Positions 38,081-51,262 of a stretch of 64,000 bases of DNA are shown piece by piece (within the stretch, counting starts at the first letter, position 1; every line of letters starts with the position of its first letter). The notes beneath the pieces are model-generated. The model saw only the letters and a program-made list of their open reading frames with translations, was not told the DNA's origin and searched no databases. The stretch is taken from NCBI GenBank assembly GCA_048058875.1, contig JBLLNR010000005.1, positions 48,615 to 112,614 on the forward strand, read 5' to 3'. Source of the DNA: Methylotenera sp. Lineage in GTDB: Bacteria > Pseudomonadota > Gammaproteobacteria > Burkholderiales > Methylophilaceae. A program made the translations under genes and the position numbers.

Positions 38081-38120
38081 AAAACGGGGAAATCAGCACT
38101 TGCTAAATTCCCCGTTTTTT
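38081..38120. terminator. Hairpin with flanking A and T runs between tRNA-Gly and tRNA-Cys
   Basis: ACGGGGAA (38084-38091) pairs with TTCCCCGT (38108-38115). T6 follows on the + strand and TTTAGTTT follows on the - strand. Confidence 0.5.
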
Positions 38121-38125
38121 GATTT

Positions 38126-38201
38126 TGGAGCGGGAAACGAGGTTCGAACTCGCGACCTATACCTTGGCAAGGTATCGCTCTACCAGCTGAGCTATTCCCG
38201 C
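38126..38201 (-). tRNA. tRNA-Gly (anticodon GCC)
   Basis: Reverse complement: GCGGGAATAGCTCAGCTGGTAGAGCGATACCTTGCCAAGGTATAGGTCGCGAGTTCGAACCTCGTTTCCCGCTCCA. Anticodon loop UUGCCAA. Confidence 0.92.
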
Positions 38202-38297
38202 GTTAAGAGCGAGCATTTTAGCGACTTTCGTATTGATGTCAAGACTGAAAACACTCTTTTCTTAATATAATTTGACTGAATAAATAATATATCGATA

Positions 38298-38885
38298 CTA
38301 ATCTAACGAATCCCTTATTATAGGCCAAGCTGCTTTTAAGTAATAAGCCATTGATACTAATGTTAATATTGCAGCAAGATAGATTAGCCATGTACCAATT
38401 ACAGCCGTATTGAAGAGACCAATTGGATCGAAATAAAGTAATAATAAAATTGCAATCATTTGTGCTGCTGTTTTCACTTTCCCAATCATGGCCACAGCAA
38501 CATTACTGCCTTTCCCTATCGAAGCCATCCACTCTCGCAAAGCACTAATCGCAATTTCTCGTCCAATAATAATCAAAGAAACAATAGCACCTACTCGATC
38601 AAACTCTACCAGTACAATAAGAGCTGCAGTGACCATTAGTTTATCTGCTACGGGATCTAAAAATGCACCAAAGCTACTGGTTTGATTGTACTTTCTGGCC
38701 CAATAGCCATCCAACCAGTCCGTAAAAGAGGCTAGTGCAAAAATACTTGCAGCAATTAAATTGATAGCATGTGTAGGCTGTGTATCTAATGTAAATATAT
38801 TATGTGGCAAGTAAAAAATGCCCACAAATACTGGAATTAGCACAATTCTGAGTACAGTTAATATATTGGGAATATTCCAAAACAT
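38298..38885 (-). CDS. pgsA: CDP-diacylglycerol--glycerol-3-phosphate 3-phosphatidyltransferase
   Basis: CDP-alcohol phosphatidyltransferase motif DWLDGYWARKYNQTSSFGAFLDPVADK. The order uvrC-pgsA-tRNA-Gly-tRNA-Cys is as in E. coli. Confidence 0.92.
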   Translation of the reverse strand: MFWNIPNILTVLRIVLIPVFVGIFYLPHNIFTLDTQPTHAINLIAASIFALASFTDWLDGYWARKYNQTSSFGAFLDPVADKLMVTAALIVLVEFDRVGAIVSLIIIGREIAISALREWMASIGKGSNVAVAMIGKVKTAAQMIAILLLLYFDPIGLFNTAVIGTWLIYLAAILTLVSMAYYLKAAWPIIRDSLD

Positions 38886-38909
38886 GATTGATCATTCTTT
38901 ATAATAATT

Positions 38910-40712
38910 TTAATGGAATTGGGCATAAATTTTTTCTGCCAACCCAGGGCTAATACCATCAACTTGTATCAGTTCGTCAATGCTAGCATTTTTTACCCCA
39001 TCTAATCCACCAAACCGTGTTAATAATGCCTTCCGGCGCTTTGCACCTACACCCTCAATATCCTCCAATGAGGATGTTATCCGAGCTTTTGCTCGTTTTG
39101 CACGATGCCCAGTAATCGCAAAACGATGGGCTTCATCTCTAATCTGCTGTAACAAATGTAAACCTTTATTATCCTGTTCTAAATTCAACATCTCTCCTGT
39201 ATCAGAAAAAATCATTGTTTCTAATCCTGGTTTACGCTCCTCGCCTTTAGCGATCCCAATCAGCAAAATATCATCCAGACCAACTTCATGCATGACTTCT
39301 ACTGCAACACCCAACTGACCTTTGCCTCCGTCTATAAACACTAAATCAGGGCGAACCCCCTCCCCAGCTGCTACTTTCTTATAGCGCCGCGTTAAAACAT
39401 CTCGCATCGCAGCATAATCATCGCCTGGTGTAATGCCTTTAACGTTATAACGCCTGTATTCACTGTTTTGCATATCTCCTTTATCGAAAACCACACAGCT
39501 ACCTACAGTTGCCTCACCCATCGTATGACTAATGTCAAAACACTCAATACGTTCTATTGATTCAGGTAGGTGTAATGCTTCTCTTAGTGCGACCAATTTA
39601 GCAGCTAGATTTGCCGAGCTGGCAGCACGTTGACTAAGTGCCAACTCTGCATTGGTTTGTGCCATTTTCAACCAGATGCGCTTATCACCGATAGCATTGT
39701 TAATAATCCTAATTTTACGATCTGCCTGTTCTGAATATATTGCAGCAAAGCCCTTAGCATCAATGTCGACGCCGCATACAATTAATGGTGGCGTATTTTG
39801 TGCTATGTAGTGCTGCGTTAGAAAAGCCTCAACCGTCTCTATTAAGGTTGCATCCTGACTATTTTTGGGGAAAAAGCTTTTATCACCGATATGCCGCCCG
39901 CCACGAATCATCACCAAATTGATACAATGTTGTCCGTGTAAACTAGCACAGGCTACCACGTCAGCATCAGATACACTGAAGTCACTCACAAACTGCTTCG
40001 CTTGCACCTGCCTAAGGGCCTGTATGCGGTCCCTGAATACAGCAGCAGACTCATATGCCTGGGTTTGCGCCGCTCTATTCATTTTCTCGCCCAATGTATT
40101 CAATACCTCATTTGCTTTCCCTTGCAAGAACATCACAGCATGTTGAACATCATGCTGATAATCATCTACACTAATATAATCGACACAGGGTGCAGTACAA
40201 CGCTCTATTTGATATTGTAGACAAGGTCTTGTTCTATTTGAGAACACAGAATTCTCGCAGGTGCGTAATTTGAATACTTTTTGTAATAATTGAATGCTTT
40301 CCCGTACAGCAGTACTACTAGGGAAAGGCCCAAAGTATTGCGTATTCTTTCTTTGCGCACCACGATGAAAGGCTAGTCGTGGATATGTATCTCCAGTCAA
40401 TGAGATATAAGGATAAGATTTATCATCTCTGAATAACACGTTATAACGCGGCATCATACTTTTGATGAGATTGCTCTCTAACAACAGTGCCTCTGCCTCT
40501 GTACGAGTTACTGTGGTCTCAATACCTTGAATTTGAGAGACCATCATGCGCGTCCTAGGGCTAGGTATATTTTTGTTAAAGTAACTAGATACTCGTTTTT
40601 TAATATCCTTCGCTTTGCCAACATAAATAACAGTGCCCTCGGCATTTTTCATACGATAAACACCAGGCAAATTAGGCAAATTTTTTAAAATCGACTTCGG
40701 ATCAAACATCAA
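38910..40712 (-). CDS. uvrC: Excinuclease ABC subunit C
   Basis: N-terminal GIY-YIG (PGVYRMKNAEGTVIYVGKAKDIKKRV), a UVR domain, and a C-terminal (HhH)2. About 600 aa. Confidence 0.95.
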   Translation of the reverse strand: MMFDPKSILKNLPNLPGVYRMKNAEGTVIYVGKAKDIKKRVSSYFNKNIPSPRTRMMVSQIQGIETTVTRTEAEALLLESNLIKSMMPRYNVLFRDDKSYPYISLTGDTYPRLAFHRGAQRKNTQYFGPFPSSTAVRESIQLLQKVFKLRTCENSVFSNRTRPCLQYQIERCTAPCVDYISVDDYQHDVQHAVMFLQGKANEVLNTLGEKMNRAAQTQAYESAAVFRDRIQALRQVQAKQFVSDFSVSDADVVACASLHGQHCINLVMIRGGRHIGDKSFFPKNSQDATLIETVEAFLTQHYIAQNTPPLIVCGVDIDAKGFAAIYSEQADRKIRIINNAIGDKRIWLKMAQTNAELALSQRAASSANLAAKLVALREALHLPESIERIECFDISHTMGEATVGSCVVFDKGDMQNSEYRRYNVKGITPGDDYAAMRDVLTRRYKKVAAGEGVRPDLVFIDGGKGQLGVAVEVMHEVGLDDILLIGIAKGEERKPGLETMIFSDTGEMLNLEQDNKGLHLLQQIRDEAHRFAITGHRAKRAKARITSSLEDIEGVGAKRRKALLTRFGGLDGVKNASIDELIQVDGISPGLAEKIYAQFH

Positions 40713-40878
40713 TCAATTTTAACAGCTAATACAAAAGGGATACATAAATGACACTCAATTATAAGCTTCATATGAATCAAACTCAGGCATAGAAAACGCC
40801 TTTTTTGTCATAATTCTGTCACAGAAAGTTTTACAAAAATCAGCTATATTAGCTGCTTGTAATAATCAGGGGAAACAC

Positions 40879-41115
40879 ATGACATCAAGCAAGAAGGACT
40901 ATACATCAAAAGCAAAAGAGCTTTCATGCGAACAAAGGGAACGCGTACTATCGCGTATGACTGGGAAATTACCAAAACGACTAGAAAAAGACAAGCTAAC
41001 AGAAGAGGAAGCTATTGCCATTCAACTTGAATTAGAAGATGAACAGCTAGTAGAATGGAAACAGAGAGTAGCTTCTATACGTGAAAAAGAAAATAAGAAA
41101 AATAAAAAATCATGA
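40879..41115 (+). CDS. Small highly charged hypothetical protein upstream of the ParA-like ATPase
   Basis: 78-aa Lys/Glu-rich ORF preceded by AGGGGAAACAC. No recognised family. Confidence 0.4.
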   Translation: MTSSKKDYTSKAKELSCEQRERVLSRMTGKLPKRLEKDKLTEEEAIAIQLELEDEQLVEWKQRVASIREKENKKNKKS

Positions 41116-41144
41116 GTTAAACTATATAAACCTTACCAACCGCA

Positions 41145-41783
41145 ATGGAAAGCGTAATGATCAAAATATTGATTGCAAATCCCAAGGGGGGAAGTGGAAA
41201 AACGACCTTATCAACCAATCTAGCAGGCTATTTTGCCAGCGAGGGCAAGAATGTATGCCTTGTAGACCTAGACAAACAGCAATCTTCTTATAGCTGGGTT
41301 CGCAGAAGGCCAGAGCATTTATCAAAAATTAGCAGCGCAAATAATCGTGACGCGCTTGCTAAAAAAAAGAACATAGAAATTGCGATTATTGATTCTCCTG
41401 CAGGAATTCGTGGAGACAAACTCAGTGATGCGGTTAAAGAAGCTGATTGGGTAATCGTGCCCATGCAGGCTTCAACTTATGATATCAACGCAACGCAAGA
41501 GTTTATCGACATCCTCAAAGCAGAAAAGGCCGTGCGAAAAGAACGCACTTTTGTCGCCATGCTCGGTATGCGCGTAGCTAGCCGAACAAAAGCCGCCGAG
41601 AACTTAGCACAATATCTTGATGAGAGCGGCTTTCCAGTCATTGGCAATTTACGCAATGCGCAAATATATGCTCATACTGCTGAGCATGGCATTAGTATAT
41701 TTGAAATGCCAGCATACAAAACGAAAAAAGATCTTGAGCAATGGGCACCATTACTCAAATGGATTAAAAATCTAGAAAAATAA
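41145..41783 (+). CDS. ParA/MinD-family P-loop ATPase (orphan ParA-like)
   Basis: Deviant Walker A NPKGGSGKTT; ~210 aa. The start is more likely the ATG at 41157 (MIKILIAN). Confidence 0.8.
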   Translation: MESVMIKILIANPKGGSGKTTLSTNLAGYFASEGKNVCLVDLDKQQSSYSWVRRRPEHLSKISSANNRDALAKKKNIEIAIIDSPAGIRGDKLSDAVKEADWVIVPMQASTYDINATQEFIDILKAEKAVRKERTFVAMLGMRVASRTKAAENLAQYLDESGFPVIGNLRNAQIYAHTAEHGISIFEMPAYKTKKDLEQWAPLLKWIKNLEK

Positions 41784-42059
41784 AACTATTTAACTCTTAC
41801 TTTATTAAAAGATCACACTAGCAACTGGCTTCCAATCGCCCAGTCCTCTTGCTTAACTTCTTCAAATACAATGTAATTGTATTTGGCAGACTTATGCGCG
41901 TGTTTGCTTGGTGTTTCTGTAATTTCTTTTGCAATCTCCTCTTTTTAATCTTTGGCCACGCTAACAGCTATTTTTACATTTACAAATGGTATGTTCAGTC
42001 TTATATAAAAACATCAAATATAAACAAACAACTAAAATAAACTTCCTATTTATAACGAC

Positions 42060-42704
42060 TTAGTGTCGATGCTCATGACTAAGTCCCTTCCCTGTTAGAC
42101 TCATCCACACCTGCTTACTGAGATTTAATGTCGCAATAAGCAATAACAATGATATAAATAAAGAAAGCACTGGGTCAATTAGCAACCATCCAGTCAAATA
42201 GATAATCAACCCAGCCGCAAGCGCAGCAACAGAACCCAATAAATCGCCAATCACATGCAAAAGTGCAGCTTGATGATTTAAGCTTTTTTCCGAACTATCG
42301 TGATGTAATTGCTTAACAACAATTAGGTTTATAATTAACCCAATAAATGCAATCAGAATGACATAAGAACCCATAACTTCCCGCGGCTGACTGATACGTT
42401 CAATCGCTTCTACCACCATCCAAACAATGACGATAAACATTAAAACAACATTAATAATTGAAGCAATTAATTCAGCATTACTTTTTACCTTTTTTCTTGT
42501 GCGGTAGACTGCCATCATCGCTAAACCCAGAGACAGCGCGTCTGAGAACATATGCCAAGCATCGCCCAACAATGCTAAAGACTGTGTCCAGACCCCTCCT
42601 GCAAACTCGATAAAAGCAAAACCAACTATAAGTAAAAATGGAATTAAAAAAACATTCTTCCGCTTATCATCTGCTTGTACTGGATGATTATTTTGATCAC
42701 TCAT
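42060..42704 (-). CDS. Cation diffusion facilitator family transporter, membrane domain only (no cytoplasmic C-terminal domain)
   Basis: Six TM segments with CDF metal-site motifs (GDAWHMFSDALSLG on TM2, LLHVIGDLLGSVAAL on TM5). Ends in a His-rich tail, SHEHRH. The downstream DNA is AT-rich and non-coding. Confidence 0.75.
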   Translation of the reverse strand: MSDQNNHPVQADDKRKNVFLIPFLLIVGFAFIEFAGGVWTQSLALLGDAWHMFSDALSLGLAMMAVYRTRKKVKSNAELIASIINVVLMFIVIVWMVVEAIERISQPREVMGSYVILIAFIGLIINLIVVKQLHHDSSEKSLNHQAALLHVIGDLLGSVAALAAGLIIYLTGWLLIDPVLSLFISLLLLIATLNLSKQVWMSLTGKGLSHEHRH

Positions 42705-42745
42705 CTGTATATAAATTGAAAACTAATTAAGCTGAGGGAAATATT

Positions 42746-43090
42746 TTATTGATACTTAAAAAAATGTCTTTTACGCTTTTTTCTATCTTCCTCATAGCCA
42801 TGACGTACCTCTTCTTTAGCAGCCTTTTTTTCTGCCTTTTGCTCTTCTTGTAATTTTACTTTTGCTACTTCTTTCTCTTCTGTATCAACAAAGCCATCTT
42901 GATTAATATCTTTACTATTGAAACGCGCTTTCAATTCGGCATCGTGTAACGCTTTATATTCCTCAAAACTCACTTTGCCATCTTTATTCTGATCTGCTTT
43001 CATTACATCATTAATAGATTCATCCGCAGCATAAGTATTACTGCTAATGATTATTAATAAGACTAATCCGATCATATTAATTTGCTTCAT
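42746..43090 (-). CDS. Secreted EF-hand calcium-binding protein
   Basis: Signal peptide, then two EF loops: DQNKDGKVSFEE and DINQDGFVDTEE. Confidence 0.75.
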   Translation of the reverse strand: MKQINMIGLVLLIIISSNTYAADESINDVMKADQNKDGKVSFEEYKALHDAELKARFNSKDINQDGFVDTEEKEVAKVKLQEEQKAEKKAAKEEVRHGYEEDRKKRKRHFFKYQ

Positions 43091-43192
43091 AACACCCTCT
43101 GTTATCTAACTATTTCTATATTGATATTAGTGTAACAAAAAAGCAACGCATAGCGTTGCTTTTAATGACATATGGGTTACATCTTACTATTG

Positions 43193-43492
43193 CTACTTCC
43201 GATCGCAATGTTCTTTATCATGATGACGTGCTTTCATTTTAGCTCTGGCAGCTTTCTTTTCATCAGCATCAATATAACCATCACCATTTGTATCTCTGCG
43301 CTTAAAATGCTCATCCATATACTTCATTCTTGCATTTTTAAACTCCTCATAACTAACTTTACCATCATTATCCGTGTCAGCAGACATCTCATGCTTCTCA
43401 GTTTCACCACCTTCATGATGATTAGCATAAGCAGTCAAAACACCTAGCACCATAATAGATAAGATTAAAATTGTAGAAATTGTATTTTTCAT
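43193..43492 (-). CDS. Secreted EF-hand calcium-binding protein (paralogue of the previous gene)
   Basis: Signal peptide, then EF loops DTDNDGKVSYEE and DTNGDGYIDADE. His-rich ends (NHHEGGETEKHE and RHHDKEH). Confidence 0.75.
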   Translation of the reverse strand: MKNTISTILILSIMVLGVLTAYANHHEGGETEKHEMSADTDNDGKVSYEEFKNARMKYMDEHFKRRDTNGDGYIDADEKKAARAKMKARHHDKEHCDRK

Positions 43493-43623
43493 AGACTAAC
43501 TCCTTTTTGGTAATGCACTATTGCATCACAGAATATAACGTATGAGATTAAATTTTGACCACAAAGCCCATAATTTAGTATGTTAGTCCATTATAATAAT
43601 CTTTAGTTTAGAAAGACATTCTC

Positions 43624-44472
43624 ATGTTAAGTTATCGCCATGCTTTCCATGCCGGCAATCATGCCGACATACTCAAACACTACATCCTGAGTTTAGTGCT
43701 TGATTACTACAATCAAAAAAACAAGCCGTACACAGTAATTGATACGCATGCTGGGGCTGGCCTGTATCCAATCAATCATACATTTACACAAAAAAATAAA
43801 GAATTTCAAACAGGCATCTCTCAATTGCTTCAAGCAAACGGATTGCCTGACTCACTGGCTAAATTTGTACAAAAGATATGGCTGTTTAATTCGAATCATT
43901 CACTTAATACTTACCCTGGCTCCCCAAAGATTATTGAATCTTTTTTAAGACCTAGTGACAAACTGTACTTGTTTGAGCTACACCCTAATGAACATGAACT
44001 TTTATTAAGCAACTTTAAAAGCAGCCCTAGCAAACAAACCAAAATACTTTTACAAGATGGCTTCAAAGGACTGATAGCGTGTTTACCTCCTCATACCAAT
44101 CGTGGCATAACCATTATAGACCCACCATATGAAGACAAAAATGATTATGAAACCGTAATCACTGCCATTAAAGCGAGTTTAAAACGTTTTGCAACAGGAT
44201 GTTATATTGTCTGGTATCCTTTACTGCAGAACAAGCTATACGTCTCAATGGTAAAAGCGCTATGCGAATTAAATTCAGCAAACTGGCTTAATGTGTCACT
44301 TCAAGTCACACAGCCACCACTTGATGGTTATGGCATGTACGGTAGTGGTTTGTTTGTTATCAATCCACCGTGGACGATGCCGAAGATATTGGAGGAGTCA
44401 CTTCCAGTTTTAGAAATGTTATTAGGACAAGATGAAAGTCGTGCGTCCGAGATAACTTATCAGATTAGTTAA
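43624..44472 (+). CDS. rlmJ: 23S rRNA (adenine2030-N6)-methyltransferase
   Basis: The N-terminus MLSYRHAFHAGNHADILKH and the DPPYE catalytic motif (IIDPPYEDKNDY) are characteristic of RlmJ/YhiR. 282 aa. Confidence 0.9.
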   Translation: MLSYRHAFHAGNHADILKHYILSLVLDYYNQKNKPYTVIDTHAGAGLYPINHTFTQKNKEFQTGISQLLQANGLPDSLAKFVQKIWLFNSNHSLNTYPGSPKIIESFLRPSDKLYLFELHPNEHELLLSNFKSSPSKQTKILLQDGFKGLIACLPPHTNRGITIIDPPYEDKNDYETVITAIKASLKRFATGCYIVWYPLLQNKLYVSMVKALCELNSANWLNVSLQVTQPPLDGYGMYGSGLFVINPPWTMPKILEESLPVLEMLLGQDESRASEITYQIS

Positions 44473-44486
44473 TGTTATCAAAAGAC

Positions 44487-44963
44487 TTATCGTTCATGGC
44501 AAAATTTTAGACGGTCACTCTCTCGTCCAAAACTTAGTTTATCGTCATTACCCCCGCGAACAAGTATCTTACTCTCTCTACCAAAGTTTAACCGGTCTGC
44601 TTTTTTACTAAATAGTAAGTTTTGATCATACTTACCTCGCGCTAGGACAGTATCCTCTTTACCTGGTTGCAGCAAGGTGCTCTCTTTGCCAAAAGATAAG
44701 TTTTCTGACTTTTTGCCCATTTGCAGCAAGGAATCCTGTTTGCCAAAATCAAGGTTGTCGTCACGCTTCCCTTCAGTTAACTGGGCACTTTGCTCACCAA
44801 AAGATAAATCAATGGTCGACTTTCCATTTTCCAATGGTTCTTCAATGTTTCCTTGCTGTAATGGTCTATTACAATTATCAACACAACTATTTTTGGCAGC
44901 ACTCTCCGCACTAGCAAGATGACTTGAAGAAACAGCTATGACAAATATTATGAATCTGATCAT
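44487..44963 (-). CDS. Secreted repeat protein of unknown function (~6-7 copies of a degenerate NLSFGKES..L..GK motif)
   Basis: Signal peptide (FIIFVIAVSSSHLASA), then repeats: DLSFGEQS, NLDFGKQD, NLSFGKES, NLLFSKKA, LNFGRES, KLSFGRES. Confidence 0.5.
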   Translation of the reverse strand: MIRFIIFVIAVSSSHLASAESAAKNSCVDNCNRPLQQGNIEEPLENGKSTIDLSFGEQSAQLTEGKRDDNLDFGKQDSLLQMGKKSENLSFGKESTLLQPGKEDTVLARGKYDQNLLFSKKADRLNFGRESKILVRGGNDDKLSFGRESDRLKFCHER

Positions 44964-45075
44964 GTTTGTAAACTATTTACGTTTATGACGTTTAACTATA
45001 CGCAGATTAAAACAAAAATACTATCCGCTTTATGTTGATTAATATCAATTTAATCTAATTAGTTGCATAAAAGCA

Positions 45076-45104
45076 AAAAGCCTCACTAAATTAGTGAGGC
45101 TTTC
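45076..45104 (-). terminator. Rho-independent terminator of the rrn operon
   Basis: On the minus strand, GAAAGCCTCACTAATTTAGTGAGGCTTTTTGCTTTT: an AGCCTCACTAA/TTAGTGAGGCT stem followed by a T run, just downstream of the 5S gene. Confidence 0.75.
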
Positions 45105-45112
45105 AAACAAAA

Positions 45113-45228
45113 GCTTGGCAGTGACCTACTTTCGCATGCGAAGAGCATACTATCATTGGCGCAGGTTCGTTTCACGGCCCTGTTCGAGATGGGAAGGGGT
45201 GGGTCCAAACCGCTATTGCCACCAAGCA
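45113..45228 (-). rRNA. rrf: 5S rRNA
   Basis: The reverse complement, TGCTTGGTGGCAATAGCGGTTTGGACCCACCCCTTCCCATCTCGAACAGGGCCGTGAAACG..AGTAGGTCACTGCCAAGC, matches the bacterial 5S consensus. Confidence 0.9.
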
Positions 45229-45285
45229 TAAACGGTAATGTTACCTTGCTTAACGGTTTTTCCTGTTAAGCAAGCTTTAACAAAT

Positions 45286-45300
45286 TGGAAGAAGTAAAGA
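45286..45300 (-). other. 3' half of the putative 23S processing (RNase III) stem
   Basis: TGGAAGAAGTAAAGA here is the exact reverse complement of TCTTTACTTCTTCCA at 48690-48704. The two flank the 23S gene. Confidence 0.55.
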
Positions 45301-45411
45301 TGCTTTAATGTTAATTAAAGTATGGGTTTTGATTGGTTGTTTCGAATTTTTTACTTTAGAACCAACCTTCTCTTAAATTTTCATCTAGGATGTTATTTAA
45401 GTCTTAAGGTT

Positions 45412-48410
<2,999 letters not shown>

Positions 48411-48689
48411 TATAACGTTAAAACCTAAACCCTTTTAAATTTAAATTTCGCGGTGCATGAGACACCCGCTATAGGTTTTCTAAAGCAACTTCTTCATTAT
48501 TCCAAGGTTATTAAAATAATGAATGGTTTGTTATTTCAACTTCATTTGCCTTCAATCAAACTTTACGTTCAATTAAACACAACAAAGCGAAATGATTTTC
48601 GATTTTGCAATCAATAATATTATCCGACTAAGATAATATTACCCATTTGAATATAAAAGTCATCACAACTTCTATACTCTCTTTACTTC

Positions 48690-48704
48690 TTCCATTTTGT
48701 TAAA
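48690..48704 (-). other. 5' half of the putative 23S processing (RNase III) stem
   Basis: Exact complement of 45286-45300, located in the tRNA-Ala/23S spacer. Confidence 0.55.
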
Positions 48705-48803
48705 GATCAATCCAGCTAAAAAGCTAGAAGCAAATACTGTATCCAACTCACAAACATCAAATACAAGACTTGCTTCTAGGTTTTTTATCTCAAAGATTGG
48801 TAA

Positions 48804-48879
48804 TGGTGGAGGATGACGGGATCGAACCGACGACCCCCTGCTTGCAAAGCAGGTGCTCTCCCAGCTGAGCTAATCCCCC
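48804..48879 (-). tRNA. tRNA-Ala (anticodon UGC)
   Basis: GGGGGATTAGCTCAGCTGGGAGAGCACCTGCTTTGCAAGCAGGGGGTCGTCGGTTCGATCCCGTCATCCTCCACCA. It has the G3:U70 identity pair and lies in the 16S-23S spacer. Confidence 0.95.
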
Positions 48880-48894
48880 ATTTAAGGCGATATC

Positions 48895-48971
48895 TGGTGG
48901 GTCTGGATGGGCTCGAACCATCGACCCCCGCGTTATCAACACGGTGCTCTAACCAGCTGAGCTACAGACCC
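48895..48971 (-). tRNA. tRNA-Ile (anticodon GAU)
   Basis: GGGTCTGTAGCTCAGCTGGTTAGAGCACCGTGTTGATAACGCGGGGGTCGATGGTTCGAGCCCATCCAGACCCACCA, in the 16S-23S spacer. Confidence 0.95.
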
Positions 48972-49078
48972 TAACTATAGGTTCAATTAGCGTCTCCGCT
49001 AACGTTTAGGCCAATCTTTGATAATGCTGCGTTTGAATGACTGATAAGCGTGAATGCTTGTAACCGAATCAAGATCTC

Positions 49079-50617
<1,539 letters not shown>

Positions 50618-51019
50618 AATTCACAACTATTACTTTTTCCTCACCCTCTTACAGGTAAGGTGGTATTTCGCTTTGCTTTTATATATCTAATGAAGATTAC
50701 TCCCCATCAGAACATCTCAAATTCATTTCCAAGGTGTGTCTTGTACGCATCAGTTATTACTAACCAATGGTTATTACATACTTGTCATAAATTTAAGTGT
50801 AAGCATTTATATCTTGAGTTCATTAGACCAAAGTCTAATGATATGACCCAATCACAAACACCCACACTTATCAGTCATCCAACTTTTTAAAGAACAGTGC
50901 CTTTCGGCTAATCTCGCTTAACGCATTGCGTTAACGAGGTGCGCATTTTACAGAGGTTTTAAACTTCGTCAATGCTTATTTCGGATTTTTTTACCAACTT
51001 TATTTTATTAAATTAAAGT

Positions 51020-51096
51020 TGGTTGCGGGAACAGGATTTGAACCTGTGACCTTCGGGTTATGAGCCCGACGAGCTGCCAGACTGCTCCATCCCGCG
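51020..51096 (-). tRNA. Initiator tRNA-fMet (anticodon CAU)
   Basis: CGCGGGATGGAGCAGTCTGGCAGCTCGTCGGGCTCATAACCCGAAGGTCACAGGTTCAAATCCTGTTCCCGCAACCA. It has the C1-A72 mismatch and three G-C pairs closing the anticodon stem, and is nearly identical to E. coli tRNA-fMet. Confidence 0.9.
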
Positions 51097-51210
51097 TCCG
51101 TGTCGACATATGTAACGCCGAGAGGTGAGACTATAGCAAGTTTTTGAAGCTGCTGTCAACGACTGATTGACTTTTTATTTGAGGCAATTCGTGCTTAATG
51201 TTCGCCGAAC

Positions 51211-51242
51211 AAAAAAATTGCCCAAGTCATGAAGGACTTAGG
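51211..51242 (-). terminator. Rho-independent terminator after the DUF4197 gene
   Basis: On the minus strand, CCTAAGTC-CTTCAT-GACTTGGG followed by CAATTTTTTT, about 20 bp past the stop. Confidence 0.55.
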
Positions 51243-51262
51243 AAAAGATTATGCTTGAAAAA

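Noticed and set aside
37916-38270. Two plus-strand ORFs (68 and 65 aa).
   Set aside because: They overlap tRNA-Cys and tRNA-Gly on the opposite strand.
41813-41944. A minus-strand open frame reading ..IAKEITETPSKHAHKSAKYNYIVFEEVKQEDWAIGSQLLV*, preceded by AAGAGGAG.
   Set aside because: There is no usable start codon at a sensible distance from the SD-like sequence, and an in-frame TAA lies immediately upstream. It could be a remnant or another indel casualty, but I cannot support it as a gene. The plus-strand ORF 41849-42040 in the same spacer is hydrophobic junk.
42060-42704. The short CDF transporter might be another frameshift victim that has lost its cytoplasmic domain.
   Set aside because: The ~270 bp downstream of its stop is AT-rich with stops in all frames on that strand, and no CDF C-terminal-domain-like translation appears. 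It is probably a genuinely short form.
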